Source: the human T2T-CHM13v2.0 reference genome, Homo sapiens. From it: 64,000 nt of DNA. Positions 54,929 to 64,000 of the stretch are shown here, in pieces. The position numbers were made by a program, and so were the translations under genes. The stretch spans positions 22,144,001-22,208,000 of the forward strand of contig CP068257.2 in assembly GCA_009914755.4 (NCBI GenBank), written 5' to 3'. Position 1 is the first letter of the stretch; every line of letters starts with the position of its first letter. Below the pieces are notes generated by a model that worked only from the letters and a program-made list of their open reading frames with translations, was not told the origin of the DNA and did not search any database.

Positions 54929-55003
54929 CAGGTTGGTGCAAAACCTAATGAAACTACTTTACTTTCAATGGCAAAAACCACAATTACTTTTGCACCAATC
55001 TAA
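54929..55003. mobile_element. MADE1 (mariner-derived 80-bp palindromic MITE, Hsmar1-related)
   Basis: CAGGTTGGTGCAAAACCTAATGAAACTACTTTACTTTCAATGGCAAAAACCACAATTACTTTTGCACCAATCTAA. It has terminal inverted repeats GGTTGGTGCAAAA / TTTTGCACCAAtC around a near-palindromic core. Confidence 0.85.
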
Positions 55004-56442
55004 TAAATAAATCTAAATATTGGTTATGGTAATTAAAATTAAAATTGTCTCTACAGAGTGACCAGTGAGGTAGTATTCTGTCTCTATGACCTATTCTGGT
55101 CTTGCTAAAACTTCCACATCATTTCTGGATTCCAAAATCTCTCTCGATTATTTTCTTATTTACATGATTTGAACTTTTTCTTCATACTATAGCCAACTAT
55201 TAAAATAATATGCAAGTTCCTCAGTATTCTAAAACATACTTCAGCCTGAAAGTACATTTAATGATTTTTTAATTTGATTAGTGAGAGGATAATGAATAGT
55301 CACGTAATCTGTTCCTGATTTTTGTAAGCCCAGCACTGACTGTGTATTATCCCATCCTAGTTTTGTCTGATTTTTATTCTTGCCTTTTATTGCTGGTTCT
55401 CCTCCGCTCCGCATCTTTACAAGGTTCCTAGTTTGTTTACCAGCCATTTTTCTTTACTCTCCAGAGATTTATTTATAAAATTTTCCTAAGGCTTTTCTTA
55501 TCTCAACTATTCTATAACTTTTCAAGAAATATTTACTTAATGCCAACTGATTTTTTTTATATTAATGAATCTCCAAAGATTCTTAATTTGATGATTTGAC
55601 TTGCATATTTTCTTATTTCCACTATAATTCAAATATGATCTAAACATTTTTAAATCTGTAAAGACACATTTTGTAATAAAGATTCCAATATCCTAATGCA
55701 GGGGGTAGTCCTAGAGTTACATTATGTATAACTTCATATATCCTATGGGTGCTTAGGATATATAACACTCATTCTCATCAGATGGAAATGCCAATAGTCA
55801 TGTGAAAATCATCTGTTGTTTTCTCCTCGCTTCATGGCCAAATATTCATCATTCTCATTTCAAGTTAAGATAAAATGTCAAAGCAAATATTTATTTTCCT
55901 AAGTCACAAAGTGAAGAGTCTCCAGGTCATAGTTCTTGGTGAAAACTAAAAAAAATTATGCCCAAACTTCACCATGCTGTTATTGTTCTGCCTTCCTTAG
56001 ACTTCGCTTATTTTGTAACATACAACATGTTTCCCAGTAACTACCAGGTCTAGCTCCTGAATACCTTCTCTTATTCTGATAACTGCCTTTTGTAAATACT
56101 CATCTTTTAAGTGCTTTACCTATCAATCCCTCATTTGTTTTACTGAAGTCAATATTGACTGTTTATCTTATTTGTACCACTTCAATTTAATGAATCAACC
56201 TACTGATTTTTCTTTTTTCCAAGTTACAATAATGATTATATTTTATCTCTCAAAATATTCTATCTTTATTCTATCCTTTCTTCTTTTAATTTGAAACTTC
56301 ATATGAGGATGTTTTAAAGTAATAATATCTATTCCATAGAAGGAAATCTTTTAATGGTCACTCTACATATATGCTTTCTAGAAATAGTAATCCCGACTTT
56401 TAAAAATATAATACGTATAGTCATATTTTGCACTACTATGAA

Positions 56443-56496
56443 AAGATAGATTGATAGATAGATGGGTGGGTAGATAGATAGATAAATAGAGATAAA
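56443..56496. repeat. (GATA)n imperfect microsatellite
   Basis: gatagattgatagatagatgggtgggtagatagatagataaatagagataaat. Confidence 0.9.
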
Positions 56497-57924
56497 TAAC
56501 ACTGTAGACAAGGTAGCTTAGAGAGCAAACACTTATTTCTCACAGTTCTGGAGGTTGGTAAGTCCAAGATCAAGGCACTAGCGGATTCAGTATCTGGTGA
56601 GGATTCTCTTTCTAGTTTGCGGGAAAGTACTGTCTAGATCTTTTCAGTGTATTCTTACTGAATAAAAGAGAGAAAGATCGCTCTCTTTCTCTTTCTATAA
56701 GGACACTAATAAGGGGGCTCCACCCTTACAACCTAATTAACTCCAAAAGGTTCCACTTCCCAGTACCATCACATTGATAAGAGAGCTTCAACATGTGAAT
56801 TTGGGAGGATGGGAGTATTCAATTCACAGCACACAGGAATCCTGAGTAGTTATTTTATCTACTAATCAGCTACACATTGATACAGGAAAAGGACTAGAAG
56901 GCAAGTCTAAGCAAGCAATTCTTGGACAAATGGGATTTACTATTAACAAATACGGTTTTCACATAAATTGCATGCAAAAAATATGAATACCTTCTGAATT
57001 ATTACAGCTGATCTGTAGTGTAGTAGTTGACAGTAAGGCTAAGAAATGAGGCCAATATGTATTATTAATAATTTGGGTGTACTTTTCTTTAATGTATAGA
57101 AGCATAAAAGTTATTAAAGCAAAGACTGAAAACTCATCTGATGCTCTTTCATCAGGCTTTGCCTAGGTTTTTCAAAAAATATGGATTTGAACTCCAATAA
57201 TCTAAAACAATGTGTTTTTTTACTTTTTTCCTCAGAAAATTGAAAAAAATCTCTAAATAGAGTCTGACTCAATTTTTTTAAGAATGCCATAGTCACTCCA
57301 CCCTCTATATAAGGGTATCTTGTGAAAAAATATATAAAATATATTATTTTATATACTAAATGCATTATATATTTATAAATATTTATATACATATAAATTA
57401 TTTCATTCTCATACCTCCTTATTAAGAGGAGAGTTATGGGGACTATATGTGGAGGAAAATGAGAATGGGGAACATGGAAAATTATCACAATCAGATAATA
57501 TAAAATGTTTATGGACACTACAATTGCGGAATTTGGTTTAGATAGGTCTTTGTCTATTCCCATGGGATAATAAAGTAGCTTGTGACCAAAAAACTTGTAA
57601 AACTCAAGATTTTAAGCATTTGAGAGAAAACACAAATATTTTAATATCCTATGGGTGGAGACAAATGGTGACACAGTAGGATTTGTGGCCATTTTTTAAA
57701 CGAAATATTTTTGTGGAGAGGATAATAATAGATAGGACATTATCACACTGGGAAATTGATATTGGTAGAAACTACCACCTTATAAGATTTCACAGATTGT
57801 CCATTTTGAAAATTATCAGAATCAAAATGGAATCACTTACCTCAAACCCTGGCAAAATTGAGCCAGGGGTCCATGAAGGGAGGATCTTCATGAATGTATG
57901 CCTAAAAACAAAACTGTTACAACT

Positions 57925-60679
<2,755 letters not shown>

Positions 60680-61298
60680 ATAACTTTTCACAAAGACTAC
60701 CAAAACTTTACACCAAAAATACTTCTGTGAGGACATCTGCCCAGTAACTGCCTGTTCAACCTTGTACTCACACCACCCTTGTTACTGATCCTTGTTGCCA
60801 AACTTTCCTTCCTTTATCTCCCTAAATATGCCCATAGCTTACTATGGCATCATATTCCACATTGCAATGTTCACTCCCAAAGAAACATATTATCTTTGGA
60901 GAATCTCTGTACATCTGTTATTTAGGTTGACAAAATATGTGTGTGTTTGTGTCAGAGAGGAGTGGGTGTGGATGTGCGTTTTGGTCTATGAAGTTTTACC
61001 ACATCTGTAGATTTGGATAATCCAAGAACAGACAAGATACAGAACAGTTCTATTACAAGGATCCCCCATGCTATCCTTTTATAGCCATATCCACACACAC
61101 TCCTATCCCTAAGCCCTGGAAAACATTAATTTGTTCTGCATCTTTATAAACTTTTTACCTCAGGAATGTTATATATGTTACTTTGCAAGCTTTTTTTCTT
61201 AACTCAGTGTAATTTCCTTGCATTGAATTCAAGTTGCTTAATGAATCAATAGTTTTCTCCTTTTTTATTGTTGGATAGGATTCCATGGCATGAGTATA

Positions 61299-61653
61299 TG
61301 ATATGGTTTGGTTCTGTGTCCCCACCTAAATCTCATCATGTACCTCCCATAATTCCCATGTATTGTGGGGTGGACCCGGAGGAAGATAACTGAATCATGG
61401 GGCCAGGTCTTTCCCCTGCTATTCTCCTCATAGCGAATGAGTCTCACAACATCTGACAGTTTTACAAAGGGGCATTTCCCTGTACAGACTCTCTTGTCTC
61501 TTGCTGTCACCATCTAAGAGGTGACTTTCGCCTTCTGCCATGATTGTGAGGCCCCCTCAGCCACATGGAACTATGAGTCCAATAACCTCTTTTTTTTTTT
61601 TTAAATTGCCCAGTCTCAGCTATGTCTTTACCAGCAGCATGAAGGTAGACTAA
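61299..61653 (+). mobile_element. MaLR solo LTR (THE1/MST family) nested in the antisense L1
   Basis: TGATATGGTTTGGTTCTGTGTCCCCACCTAAATCTCATCATGTACCTCCCATAATTCCCATGTATTGTGGGGTGGACCCGGAGGAAGATAACTGAATCATGGGGCCAGGTCTTTCCCCTGCTATTCTCCTCATAGCGAATGAGTCTCACAACATCTGACAGTTTTACAAAGGGGCATTTCCCTGTACA...GCCACATGGAACTATGAGTCCAATAACCTC...AAATTGCCCAGTCTCAGCTATGTCTTTACCAGCAGCATGAAGGTAGACTAATATGG. Confidence 0.75.
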
Positions 61654-62043
61654 TATGGTATATGACAATTTGTTTAGCATTCACCTGTTGAAGGACATTT
61701 GGGCTGTTTCTAGCTACTGGATATTAATTAATAAAGCTGCTATCAACATTCCTGTACAAGTTTTTGTGTGAAAATACATTTTGATTTCATTAGGACAAAA
61801 GTCTAAGGAGGGAAACTGCTAGATCATGTGGCAAGAGTATGCTTAGTTTTATATGAAATTGCCAAGCTATTTTCTGGAATGGCTGTGTAATTAAGCATTC
61901 CCATTAGCAATGAATGAGTGATTCAGTTTATTTTCAAACTCAGAAAAAAAGATCGTGGTGATTTCACTATTTTTTAAAAATTATAACTGTTGTGATAAGT
62001 GTAGTAATATATCATTATTGGTTTAATTTATATTTCCTAGTGA

Positions 62044-62370
<327 letters not shown>

Positions 62371-64000
62371 AGTGTTAAACAACTTTTCATGCATTTATTG
62401 GCTGTCTGTCCTCATCAGTGAAATACATGTTCATGTATCTTTCTAATTGAATTATTTTTACTGTGCATTGTTTCGAGTCCTATATACATTCTAGACTCTG
62501 GCCCTTTGTTGAGTATGTTGCCTGCAAATATTTTCTCTCAGTCTCTGCCTGGTCTTTTCTTTCTCTTCATGGGGTAACTCAGAGATAAGTTAAAAAACAA
62601 ACAAACAAACTGATGAGCTCTAGTTAATCAATGGTCTTCAACCATTATTTCTTCAGACTCACAGACACACTCTGCTTTTTGTATCCATATTGAACTCTTA
62701 TCATAAGAGCAGTGAAGCAATTCCATCAATATTGATCTGTTCTCAAATTCACTGATTCTGTTTCCTTTCATCTCTAGTCTACATTTATCCTATCTAGCAA
62801 GCTATTTTTTCCTCCCTGTGATTGTATTGTTTAGTTCTATAATTTCCATTTGGTTCTCTTTAATAACTGATGGAATTATTTGATATTTTCTATTATGTCA
62901 TCTGTTTCAAAAGAATTTTTAGTTGCTTTTTGCAATTAAAGCATTTTTGTGCTGATTGCTCCTAAATCCTTGTCAGATAATTGCAACCTCTGATTCTGCC
63001 CAGTGTTGTCACTTGATAGTGTTTTCTCATTCAAGTTGATGATTTTCCTGATTCGCAGTATAAAATTCTGTCTTTTGTTAGAAGATTACAAGTCCTCCTG
63101 AAGTCTTTATTTTAGCAGGTAACCACCTAGTCTAAGTTTAGCAAGCAGAGCCTGGCCTACTTTTATGGACTGTGGTTCCAATGACAACTTCATCTTTAGA
63201 GTCTTTATGGTGTTATTTTGATTGCTTGTTGGGTGCCTTATGATACCACTGGGCTCTCACTGGTCTTTACTGGTACTGCCTGGTGGCCAGAAGATGCTTT
63301 CCCAGGCCTGGACTCATAGTGCCTCGATCTAGAAAAGGGAGTCTCCAGTCTTTAGAAAGAGTCTTTCCCTGGCAGTGCCACTCATTGTGACAGATTTTTC
63401 TCTCGTGGGCGCAGCCCAGTGTCTGGTGTTTTGGGTTGGGGAGGGGAGTCTCAGGCACACAAGAACAAGCATTAGTTGTGGCAGAATTTTCCTTGCTGCT
63501 TCTGCTCAGTTGACCAATGTCTCTCGGTAAAGAAGGGAGTCTCTGACCCACAAGGATGGATGGCTTCCTGGGCCAGCCTGGTTATGATGGCAAGATCCCC
63601 CTGCCAGTGCTTCGAGACCCCCTAGGTTTCCCTTAATGTGTGTGCCTGTGTGTGGCAGGGGTGAGGGAGGAGTGGGAAGCAACCATAGTCCTTGTTCACT
63701 AGCCTTGTCTGCTTTGGTCATCAGCTGGTGTCACTATCAGTCTCCATTCCTGATACTGCTGGGCTGACCTGGTGTTATTGAAAGGACTCTTATTCAATCT
63801 GGCAGAGGAATGAGCCTACCTGATCTGCCTTTTGATGCAAAATTGGGGATGGGGAAGCGGTGGGCCTGGCTTGCTTTGTTCTGTTGAGTGGGCATCAAAA
63901 GACCTGTTTCTTTAATCCTGAGACCTCTAACATCTGCCTGTCTTTCAGAGTTCTCTCTCTCTTTTTATTTTTTCTCTTACAACTTCCAGTGTTTGTGGTT

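Noticed and set aside
57114-57563. 149-aa ORF 57114..57563(-) in unique AT-rich sequence
   Set aside because: The reading frame is an AT-rich low-complexity region (YIYKYIMHLVYKIIYFIYFF...) with no recognisable domain, no splice or start context, and a length consistent with chance in AT-rich DNA.

Overview
This window is primate (almost certainly human) nuclear genomic DNA, not prokaryotic DNA. It is AT-rich, gene-poor and crowded with interspersed repeats. I find about 25 Alu SINEs in both orientations, many with poly-A tails and target-site duplications. Old L1 LINE fragments sit at about 1.1-3.1 kb, 7.5-8.5 kb, 32.6-34.1 kb, 38.1-38.7 kb and 60.7-64.0 kb. There are MaLR LTRs (THE1/MST-like and MLT1-like), including what looks like a complete LTR-internal-LTR element at 57.9-60.7 kb. 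A solitary HERV9 LTR (LTR12) with a CCAAT-box array lies at about 20.1-21.6 kb. There is also an 80-bp mariner-derived inverted-repeat element (MADE1), a DNA-transposon-like element with terminal inverted repeats, and many microsatellites, including a 340-bp (GAAA/GGAA)n purine tract. I find no convincing protein-coding exon, rRNA, tRNA or CRISPR array, and no bacterial-style gene system. Nearly all ORFs in the six-frame track are translations of Alu, LTR12 or simple-repeat sequence. The most interesting signals are the composite Alu-monomer, purine-tract and LTR12 block, which is a potential cryptic promoter. Other signals include three closely spaced inverted Alu pairs and the MADE1 hairpin, which could be a miR-548-type precursor. 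I also flag an LTR-like GC-richer block with a 48-bp tandem duplication and a perfect 13-bp palindrome. Finally, there is a CpG-retaining segment at about 25.6-26.1 kb with strong splice-donor-like motifs. All coordinates are approximate to about 10 bp. Repeat family names come from recalled consensus sequences, not from a database search.
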